DNA of 64,000 bases, from contig CAYRUY010000001.1 of the NCBI GenBank assembly GCA_964427455.1, forward strand, positions 22,090 to 86,089, read 5' to 3'. This document shows positions 48,318 through 58,660 of this stretch, piece by piece (the stretch's first letter is position 1; the number at the start of each line of letters is the position of its first letter). A program made the position numbers and the translations under genes. Under the pieces are notes generated by a model. That model worked only from the letters and a program-made list of their open reading frames with translations, was not told the origin of the DNA and ran no database searches. The stretch comes from an uncultured Candidatus Bathyarchaeia archaeon. Lineage in GTDB: Archaea > Thermoproteota > CALKCG01 > B24 > JAWCPE01.

Positions 48318-49208
48318 ATGCGGTTGGCCGAGGGCGTACATCTCATCAAGTGTCCTTTCTCCCGGTATTTCACCAGCGTCTGTGCCATTCTCGGCGAGGA
48401 GATCGCCTTGGTCGACTCGGGGACTGCTTCCTCTCCGGACGAGGCCATCCTGCCGTATCTGAGCAGCCTGAGAAGAGAGCCAGAGGAGATAACGCACGTC
48501 ATCCTGACGCATGGGCATTTCGACCACTGCGGCGGCGCAGCCCTCCTGAAGAAGCGTTTCTCCACAAAGGTCGTGGTTCATGAACTTGACAGACCCTTCG
48601 TAGAAGACGCGCTGCTCATCGACAGGCAGCTCTACAGTCGTTTTCGAACACAGCCCATCCCTAAGGAGGCCGCGTTTCAGTCGGTGGAGGCAGACATCAC
48701 GGTGAAGGAGGGCGACTCCTTGAAGGTGGCCGGCCGAGAGCTGACGTTTCTCCATCTGCCGGGTCACTCGCCCGGGTCTATGGCAGTGGTTGACCGAGAG
48801 CTAGGCCTATACATAGCAGGTGACTCTCCTCAAGGCAGAGGAGTAGATCGCCCGCTTCTTTTCCACAGCTCCACTGAGTACGAGGCCTCCATGAAGAGGC
48901 TTAGTTCCCAGCCCATAAGCATGCTAGTGCTTGGCCATCCGTTCCCGCCCTTGGAGAAGCCGGTTCTCAGCGGCGACGAGGCGAACCTCCATGCTCGGGA
49001 GAGCCTCTCCGCCGTCAGGGAGCTCACCGTAAACGTTCAGCGAGCTCTGAGCCAAGCGAGAAAGCCGAGCAGTCTCGAGGAGGCCCAGGCCGGGCTTCCT
49101 GGAACGCAGGGCGTTTCAGTCGGGTGTGTTCTCGAAGCTCTAGTCAGAGACGGGAAGGCTAGAGAGCTTAGGGTAGACGGCCGGCCACTATGGGTGGCTG
49201 CCGCCTGA
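48318..49208 (+). CDS. MBL-fold metallo-hydrolase
   Basis: 296 aa with 'ILTHGHFDHCGG' HxHxDH motif. TATA-like 'CTATATAAG' ~35 nt upstream. Confidence 0.85.
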   Translation: MRLAEGVHLIKCPFSRYFTSVCAILGEEIALVDSGTASSPDEAILPYLSSLRREPEEITHVILTHGHFDHCGGAALLKKRFSTKVVVHELDRPFVEDALLIDRQLYSRFRTQPIPKEAAFQSVEADITVKEGDSLKVAGRELTFLHLPGHSPGSMAVVDRELGLYIAGDSPQGRGVDRPLLFHSSTEYEASMKRLSSQPISMLVLGHPFPPLEKPVLSGDEANLHARESLSAVRELTVNVQRALSQARKPSSLEEAQAGLPGTQGVSVGCVLEALVRDGKARELRVDGRPLWVAAA

Positions 49209-49289
49209 GAGTATCCAGTGCCGCACATCAGATGGTCGCGGTCTGGCCGAGGAAGCCTGATTCCGGTCTTAACGACTCTCGGCCACCCG

Positions 49290-49907
49290 CTACCCTCTCC
49301 CGGCCGTAGATGCCTTCATCGGAGTGGGCAGGTAGAGATACAGCGTGTGTCGATCGATGAGACCGAGGCGGCTCATCTTCTCAACCCTGCAAGGCATCCA
49401 GCCAGCGACCGGGTAGTCGTGCGAGACAACCCTGGCGCTTCGCTTGAGCTCTCGTTCGAGTTTGGGCCTCAGCCTCTCGTTGACTCCAGGGTAGAGATAC
49501 ATGGTGACAACGTCTGCCTCGCCCAGGTCGAAGTGAAAGAGGTCTCCGCAGACCATTCGAGCCCTGTCCTTCACGCCAGCTTGGGCAATCCTAGCTTTTC
49601 CTCGCTCCACTAGATCTGCGCGTCTCTCAACCCCGATGGCTCTTGCGCCGAACTCCGCGGCGGCGACGCTGACGATACCCCCGTCTCCGGCGCCTAGGTC
49701 ACAGACGAGTTCTGAGGGCTCTAACTCTGCCAACGTTAGCATACGTCTAACGACGTTCAACGGAGAGGGCACGAAGGGCACCCAAGAGCTGGAGCCTACG
49801 CCCATGCGCAGATAGCTTTCCTCATCGAGTGCCTGGAGCTCGATGAAGAAGCCTCTCAGTCTTTTGAGACCCTTCCAGCGAGCCAACCTAGCTGACGGTT
49901 GTGGCAA
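49290..49907 (-). CDS. Class I SAM-dependent methyltransferase
   Basis: 205 aa with motif I 'VCDLGAGDGGI'. Confidence 0.75.
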   Translation of the reverse strand: MPQPSARLARWKGLKRLRGFFIELQALDEESYLRMGVGSSSWVPFVPSPLNVVRRMLTLAELEPSELVCDLGAGDGGIVSVAAAEFGARAIGVERRADLVERGKARIAQAGVKDRARMVCGDLFHFDLGEADVVTMYLYPGVNERLRPKLERELKRSARVVSHDYPVAGWMPCRVEKMSRLGLIDRHTLYLYLPTPMKASTAGRG

Positions 49908-50014
49908 GCCCCTTTAAGGCTTGCCGAAGCCGCGGTCTGTCCTCTGGCCTTCTGAAGCCCAGCTGGCCAGGCGATACTCCTCACACGGCCAAACGCGGGG
50001 AGAGGGCCGACCCT

Positions 50015-51055
50015 CTACCCTGACTGTTGGGGTACTAGCCCCCTCTTAGGATGCAGCTCGTACGGTGTCCACGCGGTCTTGTGAAGCGCTCCCCTCATCT
50101 TCGAGATGCGGAGCGCGTTTCGAAGCCCTGCCTCGGTCTCTTGCCTTCGCACTTCGATGACGCCGTCGACCATGTCCTGCACCGCGGCCACGATGGCGGG
50201 GTGGAACGCCTTACTGTTCAGTTTGATCCATAGGTCAGCTTTGAAGCTCCTCGTCTTCGCGACAAGCACTCTTAGAAACTCGAGAGAGGGCTTGACACCG
50301 CACTTCTGCAGAAGCGTCGTGAAGGAGTCTAGGACCACGCTCGTCGCCCCTTCTCGTCCACGCTCCGTTAGTGCCGTCGTGATCGTTATGCTCAAGATGG
50401 ATAGCTCCTGGCTGTCGCAGGAGTAACGCTCCCGGCTCTCGAGGCCGATCTGGCAGGAGTATGAATCGATGAAGGCGAGACGGTTCTCAGCCTCGAACCT
50501 CTTCACATCGCACCCCATCGCCGAGAGCGACGCCCTCACTTCTTCAGGGAAATCGTCCAACGCCACGTAGATGCTTGCATCTCCTCTCTTCAGAGACTCG
50601 GCCAGAAAGCTCTGGCAGAGCATGGTCTTACCACCTCCGGCTTCGCCAGTGACGACCACGACAGACGGAGACGGATAGGAGCTTTCCAGCGATACATCGA
50701 CGACGGCCACCCCCGTCTTCCTTCCCTCCCTCCTCGACGATGCTTGAGCGTCAGCCAGCGATGCCGCTGGGTCAAGTTCCAAGCAGATCAAGCGTTGGAT
50801 CTCCCGGTCGCGCTCGTTGATGAACGAGTACACCTCAGACCTAGTGAAGAGACCGAGTTCCCGGAGCTCTTCGAGGTCCTCTTTTACCGCCTCGGGGCTT
50901 CGGCCCAGCCGGTTCGCAAGTCCTTCAGAGGTGTCTTTCAGGTCTGGCTCTCTATGAAAGAGCGTTAGCAGCTCAGCCTTGCCCTCGGAGTCGATGAGCT
51001 TCTCGAAGAGCCTAGCGCTCCCCTTCAAACGCGCCGCTTCACCTCGAACTGGCAA
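50015..51055 (-). CDS. KaiC/RecA-superfamily ATPase with N-terminal winged-helix domain
   Basis: 346 aa. P-loop 'VVTGEAGGGKTMLCQSF' and KaiC-like C-terminal 'RISKMRGALH'. N-terminal ~90 aa wHTH-like (…ELRELGLF…). Confidence 0.65.
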   Translation of the reverse strand: MPVRGEAARLKGSARLFEKLIDSEGKAELLTLFHREPDLKDTSEGLANRLGRSPEAVKEDLEELRELGLFTRSEVYSFINERDREIQRLICLELDPAASLADAQASSRREGRKTGVAVVDVSLESSYPSPSVVVVTGEAGGGKTMLCQSFLAESLKRGDASIYVALDDFPEEVRASLSAMGCDVKRFEAENRLAFIDSYSCQIGLESRERYSCDSQELSILSITITTALTERGREGATSVVLDSFTTLLQKCGVKPSLEFLRVLVAKTRSFKADLWIKLNSKAFHPAIVAAVQDMVDGVIEVRRQETEAGLRNALRISKMRGALHKTAWTPYELHPKRGLVPQQSG

Positions 51056-51582
51056 CTGGCTTCACCTTGCGCCTTGCAGCCTGTTTCCACTGCGTGTACA
51101 TCCACGCCGAGTAGGACGCTCGCGAACCCCGCTACCACACCTCTTATGAAGTGGCAAACGGGGCCATCTGACATGCGGACATGACTGCACTCGAGACAGC
51201 CTTGGAGACTCACGTCACATGTGGCTGAGACAGGGTCTATACGCGAGAACCTCATCTTGCCCCAGTTGTTTCTCACAGCCAGTTCCTCGACGAGCTGTAC
51301 TAGGGCGGGATCTCCATCGTCTAGCCTCAAGTCCTTCTTCACAGCGGTGCACCAGGCCTTTGCCCCCTCTCTGGACAAATGGTACAGGACCGCGGTTCCA
51401 CCGTCGCCCAGAAGGTTCCTTAGAGCAACCGATATGTGAAGCAGGAGACTGGCCGGAACGCTGACACTGTTGGCTGTCAGAACTCTTTCAGCGAGCGCGC
51501 CTGGGTCTGCGCCGCGAAGCGGCTTTCCATGAGCCTCCTGCTCCGCGTCAACATCCCGAGCTTTCATTGTCCCGCCAGCCAT
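51025..51582 (-). CDS. V4R (vinyl-4-reductase) domain protein
   Basis: C-terminal Cys pattern 'GCLECSHV...PVCHFIRGVVAG...ETGCKAQGEASCQFEV' is typical of V4R. Start taken at the internal ATG 51582; the ORF-track N-terminus is Arg-rich read-through. Overlaps the KaiC-like gene by 31 nt. Confidence 0.55.
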   Translation of the reverse strand: MAGGTMKARDVDAEQEAHGKPLRGADPGALAERVLTANSVSVPASLLLHISVALRNLLGDGGTAVLYHLSREGAKAWCTAVKKDLRLDDGDPALVQLVEELAVRNNWGKMRFSRIDPVSATCDVSLQGCLECSHVRMSDGPVCHFIRGVVAGFASVLLGVDVHAVETGCKAQGEASCQFEVKRRV

Positions 51583-52315
51583 GGCCAACACAGTATCCTC
51601 TTCTCCAAGAGGCTCTCTCCGAGACGAGCCATACTGGCCCGCATTCCAAGGATCGAGCGACCCCCTTGCCTCACGGCACAGCTCCTTTAGACCCCTAATC
51701 GTCGGAGCGTTGACCCTCCCGGCTTGATCCTCGTCAAGCGGTCGACCCCTACACTTGGATATCCTCGTTGAGACGACGCGGCGGTACGCCCGCCTAGAAA
51801 CCCGTCTTTGACGTGGCCCCTTGGCGTCCGAGACACTCTCGGGCACATCTCTTAAGAGATGCTACGAAACAGAATCTGACGCGGGAATGGCGCTTCCGGT
51901 CGAGGTCGGTCGCAGGGGTGTTAGCCCTACACTTCCCTCAGTTCGAAGAAGCTCCGTCAAGCAGGTTCATGTGGACTAAGGCTGTCAAGATGTGCCCGTT
52001 CTGCGAGGAGGGTAGGCAGTCTTCATTCAAGACGCCCTGACCCCTCGGAAAACGGGTGCCGGCTCGACTATTCGACGCTCTCCTGTTTATCCTTTCTAGC
52101 TGAAACTCAGAACCGCTGTCTCATTAGCATTCGAGGCCCATCCCGTTCCTGCGGAGGAACTCATCGACCCACGACCTAGTCTGGGAAGCGGACACGCCAA
52201 CCCCACATCGGACGGGATGGGCAAATCGATAAAAGCGCCTTCACGTGCTGGTAGCATCTGACTATCACGGAACCGCTAGCTAGAGGCGGGGTGGCTACGC
52301 TGGAGGCCTAGGCTT

Positions 52316-53242
52316 TTGAGGGAGAAGAGAACTATCAGGTTTCGAAATCCCTTCGTTGAAGAGGGATTGTGGCTGAAGGGGAACCTTCACGCTCACACAG
52401 CTGAGTCTGACGGGGTGCTCTCTCCTCGACAAACAGCATATCTCTACCGGCGATCCGGCTATGATTTCTTGGCTATAACGGACCATGGGAGACTGACTGA
52501 CGTGAGTGGGCTCCAAGAGGAGGGGCTCACGCTGCTCCCGGGTGAGGAGCTCTCAGTGGGCCTGTCAGAGGCCGGGACAACGTTCCACGTTGTGGGCATC
52601 AACATCCGCGAGCCTGTTAGAGTCCAAGATGGAAGCGCGGATGACGACCCTCAAACGGTCGTCGATGAGATCACGGCTCAGGCCGGCGTTGCGCTAGTTT
52701 GTCACCCATACTGGTCGTCGCTCACCGTCAACGACCTTCTGCGACTGAACGGCTATGTGGGCATCGAGGTCTTCAACAGCAGCTGCTTCCTGAGCATTGG
52801 AAGAGGCTATTCGCTGGTTCACTGGGACGACCTCTTGGTCAGGGGGCGGATGGTTTACGGCTTCGCAACGGACGACGCCCACTGGCATTTCAGCGACCAC
52901 AGGCCTGTCGACACTTGTGTTGCGTGGGTCATGGTCAAGGCCCGGAGCCGTACTGCTACAGACATCGTCAAAGCGATCGGCGAGGGGTTCTTCTATTCGA
53001 GCCAAGGCCCCGAGATCAAGGAGGTAGCCGTCGAGGCTGACAGGATCAGCGTCGAGACATCTCCGGTCAAGGCGATAAACTTCATGTCCAACCCAGACCT
53101 CGGTGAGAGATTCACGGCGGGCGAGGGCCAACTCATAACAGCTGCGAGCTACACTCTCCGGGGCCAAGAGACGTACGTTCGCGTAGAATGCACTGACCAA
53201 CTCTCCAGGTCTGCTTGGACCAATCCCATATTCTGTACATAA
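52316..53242 (+). CDS. PHP-domain metallo-phosphoesterase (CehA/McbA-like)
   Basis: 308 aa. 'NLHAHTAESDG' and 'FLAITDHG' PHP motifs. Confidence 0.75.
   Translation: MREKRTIRFRNPFVEEGLWLKGNLHAHTAESDGVLSPRQTAYLYRRSGYDFLAITDHGRLTDVSGLQEEGLTLLPGEELSVGLSEAGTTFHVVGINIREPVRVQDGSADDDPQTVVDEITAQAGVALVCHPYWSSLTVNDLLRLNGYVGIEVFNSSCFLSIGRGYSLVHWDDLLVRGRMVYGFATDDAHWHFSDHRPVDTCVAWVMVKARSRTATDIVKAIGEGFFYSSQGPEIKEVAVEADRISVETSPVKAINFMSNPDLGERFTAGEGQLITAASYTLRGQETYVRVECTDQLSRSAWTNPIFCT
53207..53227 (+). repeat. Left copy of a 20-21 bp direct repeat (AGGTCTGCTTGGACCAATCCC) flanking the AT-rich GH38 insert
   Basis: Identical except for one position to 56247-56266 (AGGTCTGCTTGGACCAACCC). The left copy encodes the C-terminal 'SAWTNPI' of the PHP protein. 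Confidence 0.7.
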
Positions 53243-53445
53243 TGGACCCAAAGCCGTGAACGGTGAACCTAAGAGCTACGAGGACGCGGAAGCCCAAGAC
53301 GCCTTAGGGCCCTCACCGCCAACCATTCACTGTCTGCATTTTCTCAGTTGCGTAATGATACAAGGTCATGCTGCAGACACAAAGCTCATACTTATGGAAC
53401 TGATCGGCGGATTGCCTCTTGAGATGGTACGCGTCCACCTGTTTC

Positions 53446-56001
53446 TTAAGCCTGTATGATTTTCAACGTTTTTATCTCATACTTGGAGATTGGCACCTCG
53501 ATGGCTCCTTCTTCGATAGGTATCTCTGAGGTCTCGCTCTCCATGAGGTCATTCTCCGTCGCACCTTTGAAAGATTCGGCTACGCGGATCACCGCTCTCG
53601 TATCTTTCCCGGATGTTTCGTAGAATCTGAGGATGATATCATCCGAGTCTTCGGCTTTCTTGATTACGGTGAGAATTATGTTTTCCGGTTGAGCTGAGAT
53701 GAAACTGTGAACTTTGGGCAGATCTCCTTCATGAGTGCGTTCGATAAGGGGTATCAGAGGATAGTTGAATTCGTATGCTTTTCTGGCCGTCAAAGCCTCC
53801 CTAGAATCAGAGCTATGGGGATATAGCGCATAGTCGACTTGGTGCTCTCCTTGGTCGGTTAATTCAGTCTCTTTGTCCACAGTAAGACCGAAATGTGCGC
53901 GCAACTCGTCCGGGGTTCTGGCACTTCTGAAAAGGGTCATTCTGATCAAGTTGTTAGCGTTGTCAAAGCCGTACTTGCAGTCGTTCAGAAGGCTTACACC
54001 GTATCTTCCATCTTCGCCGGTGTGATCTATCCACTTCTGGCCGGGAACTTCATATTTGGCTCTCTCAGCTAATGTTGCGTTAGGTGAGATGGGGTTTCGA
54101 CGCGTGACAAAACCGTAGGGAGCCTCGTAGGTTGTGAAGTCGCTTTGAACGTTTAACGGAAAAGCCACCTTTGCAAGCCTGTGCTCACTATGCCAGTCTA
54201 CATGTAGCTTGAAGTTCACCTGAGGAACCTTGTGGTAAAGCATTATCTCCTGAACGAACATCGTGTCCGGTCGGCCTTCCTGGGCGTACTTATACTTCAC
54301 CAAGACCCGCCCTCTGACCGGTCCCTTCTCTGCGAGCTTTACCTCGACCGGGTCTTTCAATTCGACGTATCTGACTCCTCCAGGTTGCTGGTAGATGTAT
54401 AGTTCCCAGGCGTCAAAGATTGCAGCGTCTATCGGAAAGATGATGCTGGTTCTCCCACTGACAGGGTAGTCTTCGTATATCTGAACTCGATTTCCGCCGT
54501 CTTGCAAGACCTCTTTCCTGTTGTTTTTGTCGAATATGCGACTTACCAGCCCCGTCAGTTTATCGACTTCAACTACGAAGAACTCGTTTTCAAGTTTGAT
54601 CTCCCTCTCCGCCGCTTCAGAGGACAGATTCGTCAAGGGTCTTGTCTTCTGAGCTGTTCGTTTGGCTCTGTATTCCTTATAGCCGATTGGGGGAACTTCC
54701 TCCGCTATGAAGACAGCGTTCCTCTCTTCTTCTATTCTTTGTGAAGGGATTATCCGTCCTCGTTCATCATAGATCTCGACTTCATCCCCCAACTCGTCTA
54801 TTGGCACCTCAACCACATCGGTCCTGGACCATGAGAGAGGGTTAAAGACCAGAAGGCATTTACCCTCCCCGGCGGTATCGACTCTGGATGCTATGGCCTT
54901 CACAGACCTCGAGATTACCGAGTTCGCCACCCTAAGGATATACTCGAAACATTCCTCTGAGTCTTCATAGACTTCAGGAATAGAAGATCCAGGGAGTACG
55001 TCGTGGAACTGGTTCAACAGTAGCTTCTTCCAAGCCTCGTTAAGTTCTTTACCGGGATACTCATAACCGTATTTTCGTGCTATAGTTGAGAATTTCTCCG
55101 CTGTCTCCAACAGGCACTCTGCTTTCCTATTGCTCTTCTTAACTCTCGCTTGAGTTGTGTATGTTCCTCGGTGGTATTGGAGGTACAATTCGTCGTTAAT
55201 TTCTGGAATCTCCTTTCCCTCAGTCTTCCTGGTGAAAACATTAAAGTACTCTCTCGCTGTCAGGAACCTACCGTCTATCGGCTTTTTCCCTTGGACGTAT
55301 TCCAACGCTCTTTCGATCATGTCTTCTGTAACCCCGCCTCCGTGATCTCCCCTTCCGAAGAGAACGAGAAGATCGCTTAACCGTTGACGAGAACTAAGCA
55401 TATTCATCTGCTGAAGCATCGCCGTGTCTGTCACGGGTTCACTATACGTTCCAACGGTTTGATGGGTAAGGATCGACGAGCCGTCTGGAGCCGTCCATTT
55501 GAAGAAGTGGTATGGAAAAAGTGTGGCATCGTTCCAGTTCATTTTCTGCGTCAGAAAGAATTCCATGCCTGATTTTCTCATTACTTGAGGCAGAGTCCAA
55601 GCGTATCCGAAGGAGTCGGGCATCCACGCAATCTTAACATCGACGCCGAACTTTTCCTTAAAGTACCTTTTTCCGTAAAGGTACTGTCTTACGAGGGATT
55701 CCCCTGAAGGTAGATTGCCGTCGGGTTCAACCCATGTTCCGCCGACGATCTCCCAGCGTCCTTCCTCCACTCTCCTCTTCACTTTCTCGAAGGTTTCCGG
55801 ATACTTCTCCTCTAACCACTCATAATACTGAGCACTGCTTTGAGAGAAGCAGAAGTCAGGATATTTCTCCATCAGTTTGAGGATCGTTTCGCAGGTATCG
55901 TGAAAGACCTCTACCGTTTCCCTGAACGTCCATAGCCAAGCAGCATCTATGTGGCTATGCCCTAGAAAGTAGCACGTTCCACCAATATTTCTCAAACTCA
56001 T
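53446..56001 (-). CDS. GH38 alpha-mannosidase
   Basis: 851 aa. N-terminal 'FLGHSHIDAAWLW' GH38 signature and full-length GH38 architecture. Clearly AT-richer than the surrounding genes. Confidence 0.9.
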   Translation of the reverse strand: MSLRNIGGTCYFLGHSHIDAAWLWTFRETVEVFHDTCETILKLMEKYPDFCFSQSSAQYYEWLEEKYPETFEKVKRRVEEGRWEIVGGTWVEPDGNLPSGESLVRQYLYGKRYFKEKFGVDVKIAWMPDSFGYAWTLPQVMRKSGMEFFLTQKMNWNDATLFPYHFFKWTAPDGSSILTHQTVGTYSEPVTDTAMLQQMNMLSSRQRLSDLLVLFGRGDHGGGVTEDMIERALEYVQGKKPIDGRFLTAREYFNVFTRKTEGKEIPEINDELYLQYHRGTYTTQARVKKSNRKAECLLETAEKFSTIARKYGYEYPGKELNEAWKKLLLNQFHDVLPGSSIPEVYEDSEECFEYILRVANSVISRSVKAIASRVDTAGEGKCLLVFNPLSWSRTDVVEVPIDELGDEVEIYDERGRIIPSQRIEEERNAVFIAEEVPPIGYKEYRAKRTAQKTRPLTNLSSEAAEREIKLENEFFVVEVDKLTGLVSRIFDKNNRKEVLQDGGNRVQIYEDYPVSGRTSIIFPIDAAIFDAWELYIYQQPGGVRYVELKDPVEVKLAEKGPVRGRVLVKYKYAQEGRPDTMFVQEIMLYHKVPQVNFKLHVDWHSEHRLAKVAFPLNVQSDFTTYEAPYGFVTRRNPISPNATLAERAKYEVPGQKWIDHTGEDGRYGVSLLNDCKYGFDNANNLIRMTLFRSARTPDELRAHFGLTVDKETELTDQGEHQVDYALYPHSSDSREALTARKAYEFNYPLIPLIERTHEGDLPKVHSFISAQPENIILTVIKKAEDSDDIILRFYETSGKDTRAVIRVAESFKGATENDLMESETSEIPIEEGAIEVPISKYEIKTLKIIQA

Positions 56002-56246
56002 TTTTCATCCTCCGATACCGCGCCTCGCCTTTAGTCGCTCAATAGTTTCTGCCATAAAAGCCTTATCCTATCTCGTTGCTCCGTGACGATGTTACGTTAT
56101 TTGGAAGCTAGGGGTTGCGCTCCTCAAGAGTATCACGCTGCATTCAATCTGGTAAGGACGAGGCGGGTGAGGGCAAAGGAGATGGTGACGCATACAATCC
56201 ACCTCAGATGAATGGACGTGGGTCCACTCTGATCGTTATTCGGGCT

Positions 56247-56266
56247 AGGTCTGCTTGGACCAACCC
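56247..56266 (+). repeat. Right copy of the direct repeat flanking the GH38 insert; carries a duplicated fragment of the PHP gene 3' end
   Basis: A '...ARSAWTNPIYLG' peptide fragment is encoded in frame (ORF 56115..56333), indicating duplication of the PHP gene terminus. Confidence 0.7.
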
Positions 56267-56394
56267 TATCTATCTGGGGATGAACCTCTCTATGCGCTCC
56301 ATCGCCGGCTCTACCCGGACCCGAAGGAGATAACTTATGTACTGAGCGAGCGCAGCTCTGGAGAGTAGTCCTGATTTGGAGAGATCTTCTCAAG

Positions 56395-58605
56395 GTGAAG
56401 GCGAAGATGGCATCTGAACATCAAAAGGCGGAGTCACAAGCCGCGGGTCCTGCTGCTGCGTACGAGGACTTCACGTTACCCATTGACGTCCGAGTGGACG
56501 ACCTCGTCTCGAAGATGACTCTGGAGGAGAAAATCTCCCAGATGCTCCACGACGCTCCTGCCATCGAGCGGCTCGGTCTTCCAAGGTACAACTGGTGGAA
56601 CGAGTGCTTGCACGGCGTCGGACGAGCGGGGGTTGCAACCGTCTTTCCGCAAGCCATCAGCCTGGCAGCGACCTGGAACAAAGAGTTGATGCACCGTGTT
56701 GCAGTGGCGATTTCCGACGAGGCCCGAGCAAAGCACCATGACGCACTCCGAAAGGGGATCCGCGAAGAGTACCTGGGCTTGACCTTCTGGTCGCCGAACA
56801 TCAACATCCTCCGCGATCCCCGTTGGGGGCGTGGCCAAGAGACCTACGGGGAGGACCCGTATCTGACGGCCCGCCTGGCGGTGGCCTTTGTGAAAGGACT
56901 TCAAGGAGATGATCCGCACTACCTCAAAGTCATCGCCACCCCCAAACATTTCGCCGTCCACAGCGGGCCGGAGCAGGACCGGCACCGCTTCGACGCTCAG
57001 GTCGATGAGCGAGACCTGCAGGAGACCTACCTTCCCGCCTTCGAGGCCTGCGTGAAGGAAGCCAATGCCGCTTCCATCATGGGAGCCTACAACCGGACCA
57101 ACGGCGAGCCCTGCTGCGCCAGCCCGACGCTGCTGGAGAGAACCCTGCGTCGGAAGTGGGGCTTTGACGGCTACGTGGTCTCTGATTGTGGGGCTATCCG
57201 CGACATCTACATGCATCATAGAACCGTGAGAACCGCGGCGGAAGCAGCAGCGATAGCGGTCAAAGCGGGCTGCGACCTGAACTGTGGCCAGACCTACGGG
57301 GCGTTGCTCGACGCCATGAAGCAAGGCTTGATCTCCGAAGAGATGATCGATCGGGCTGTCAAGAGGCTTTTCACGGCTCGTTTCCGCCTAGGGATGTTCG
57401 ACCCACCCGAGGTGGTCGTGTATGCTCAGATCCCGATCGAAGTGAACGACTCGTTGGAACATCGTGCTTTGGCGCTGCAGGCGGCCCGGGAGTCCATCGT
57501 GCTGCTCAAGAACGACGATGGTCTCCTGCCCCTCAGCAAAGACCTCAAGTCCATTGCCGTTATCGGGCCCAACGCCGATGACACCGCTGTGTTGCTGGGA
57601 AACTATCACGGCACTCCTTCCAGCGCGGTCACGCCCCTAGGAGGCGTTCGCGCGAAAGTCTCGCCGGGGACCGAAGTGCTCTATGCCCAAGGGTGCGACA
57701 TACTAGACGAAGAGGCCCAGGGCTATGCGGAGGCCGTGGCATTGGCTGAACGAGCTGATGCCGTCATCGTTGTAGCCGGCCTTTCCCAACACCTCGAGGG
57801 CGAAGAGGGACAGACGGAAGGCGTAAGCGGTGGCAGGCGAAGCCAGGGCGACCGCATCGACCTAGACTTACCCAGCGTCCAAGAAGGATTGCTCAAGGCC
57901 GTTCACACAACGAGGAAACCTGTGGTCCTGGTTCTGATCAACGGTAGTGCGCTTTCCATAAACTGGGCGAAGGAACACGTGCCCGCCATCGTGGAGGCCT
58001 GGTATCCAGGCGAGGAAGGCGGCACCGCGATCGCCGACGTGCTCTTCGGCGACTACAACCCCGGCGGGCGGCTACCGGTCACGTTCTACAAGTCGGTGAA
58101 GGATCTGCCACACTTTGAAGATTATCGGATGGAAGGCCGGACCTACCGCTACTTCCGCGGGGAGCCGTTGTTCCCGTTCGGCTATGGGCTGAGCTACACC
58201 AGCTTCGCGTACAGCGATCTTCGGTTGAACGCTACGACTATCACTCCAGACGAGACTCTCACCGTCAGCGCGGATGTGCAGAACGTGGGCGACCGCGCCG
58301 GCGACGAAGTAGTGCAGTTGTACACTACCGACGTCGCTGCGTCGGCTCCGGTACCCATCCGGCAACTCCAGGGGTTCAAGCGCATCCATCTTGCGTCAAG
58401 TGAAAAGAGAACGGCCACCTTAACCTTGACACCTCGCCAACTCTCGTTGATCGACGACAAGGGGCGACGGGTGGTTGAACCCGGCGAGTTCCAAGTAGCC
58501 GTAGGTGAGCGCCAACCTACGCCTAAGGATCTCGCAAAGCAGGAGTATGCCGCTGTTATAATCGAGACCTTTCGCGTGACTGGTGAGCTGACCGAGGTCA
58601 CTTAA
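56395..58605 (+). CDS. GH3 beta-glucosidase/beta-xylosidase with C-terminal Fn3-like domain
   Basis: 736 aa. 'GFDGYVVSDCGAI' nucleophile region and GH3 three-domain layout. Confidence 0.9.
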   Translation: MKAKMASEHQKAESQAAGPAAAYEDFTLPIDVRVDDLVSKMTLEEKISQMLHDAPAIERLGLPRYNWWNECLHGVGRAGVATVFPQAISLAATWNKELMHRVAVAISDEARAKHHDALRKGIREEYLGLTFWSPNINILRDPRWGRGQETYGEDPYLTARLAVAFVKGLQGDDPHYLKVIATPKHFAVHSGPEQDRHRFDAQVDERDLQETYLPAFEACVKEANAASIMGAYNRTNGEPCCASPTLLERTLRRKWGFDGYVVSDCGAIRDIYMHHRTVRTAAEAAAIAVKAGCDLNCGQTYGALLDAMKQGLISEEMIDRAVKRLFTARFRLGMFDPPEVVVYAQIPIEVNDSLEHRALALQAARESIVLLKNDDGLLPLSKDLKSIAVIGPNADDTAVLLGNYHGTPSSAVTPLGGVRAKVSPGTEVLYAQGCDILDEEAQGYAEAVALAERADAVIVVAGLSQHLEGEEGQTEGVSGGRRSQGDRIDLDLPSVQEGLLKAVHTTRKPVVLVLINGSALSINWAKEHVPAIVEAWYPGEEGGTAIADVLFGDYNPGGRLPVTFYKSVKDLPHFEDYRMEGRTYRYFRGEPLFPFGYGLSYTSFAYSDLRLNATTITPDETLTVSADVQNVGDRAGDEVVQLYTTDVAASAPVPIRQLQGFKRIHLASSEKRTATLTLTPRQLSLIDDKGRRVVEPGEFQVAVGERQPTPKDLAKQEYAAVIIETFRVTGELTEVT

Positions 58606-58660
58606 CAGACGAAGCTTTCAGTCGCGCAGACTGAAAGCATTTCAGCCCCTCATTGGTCAA

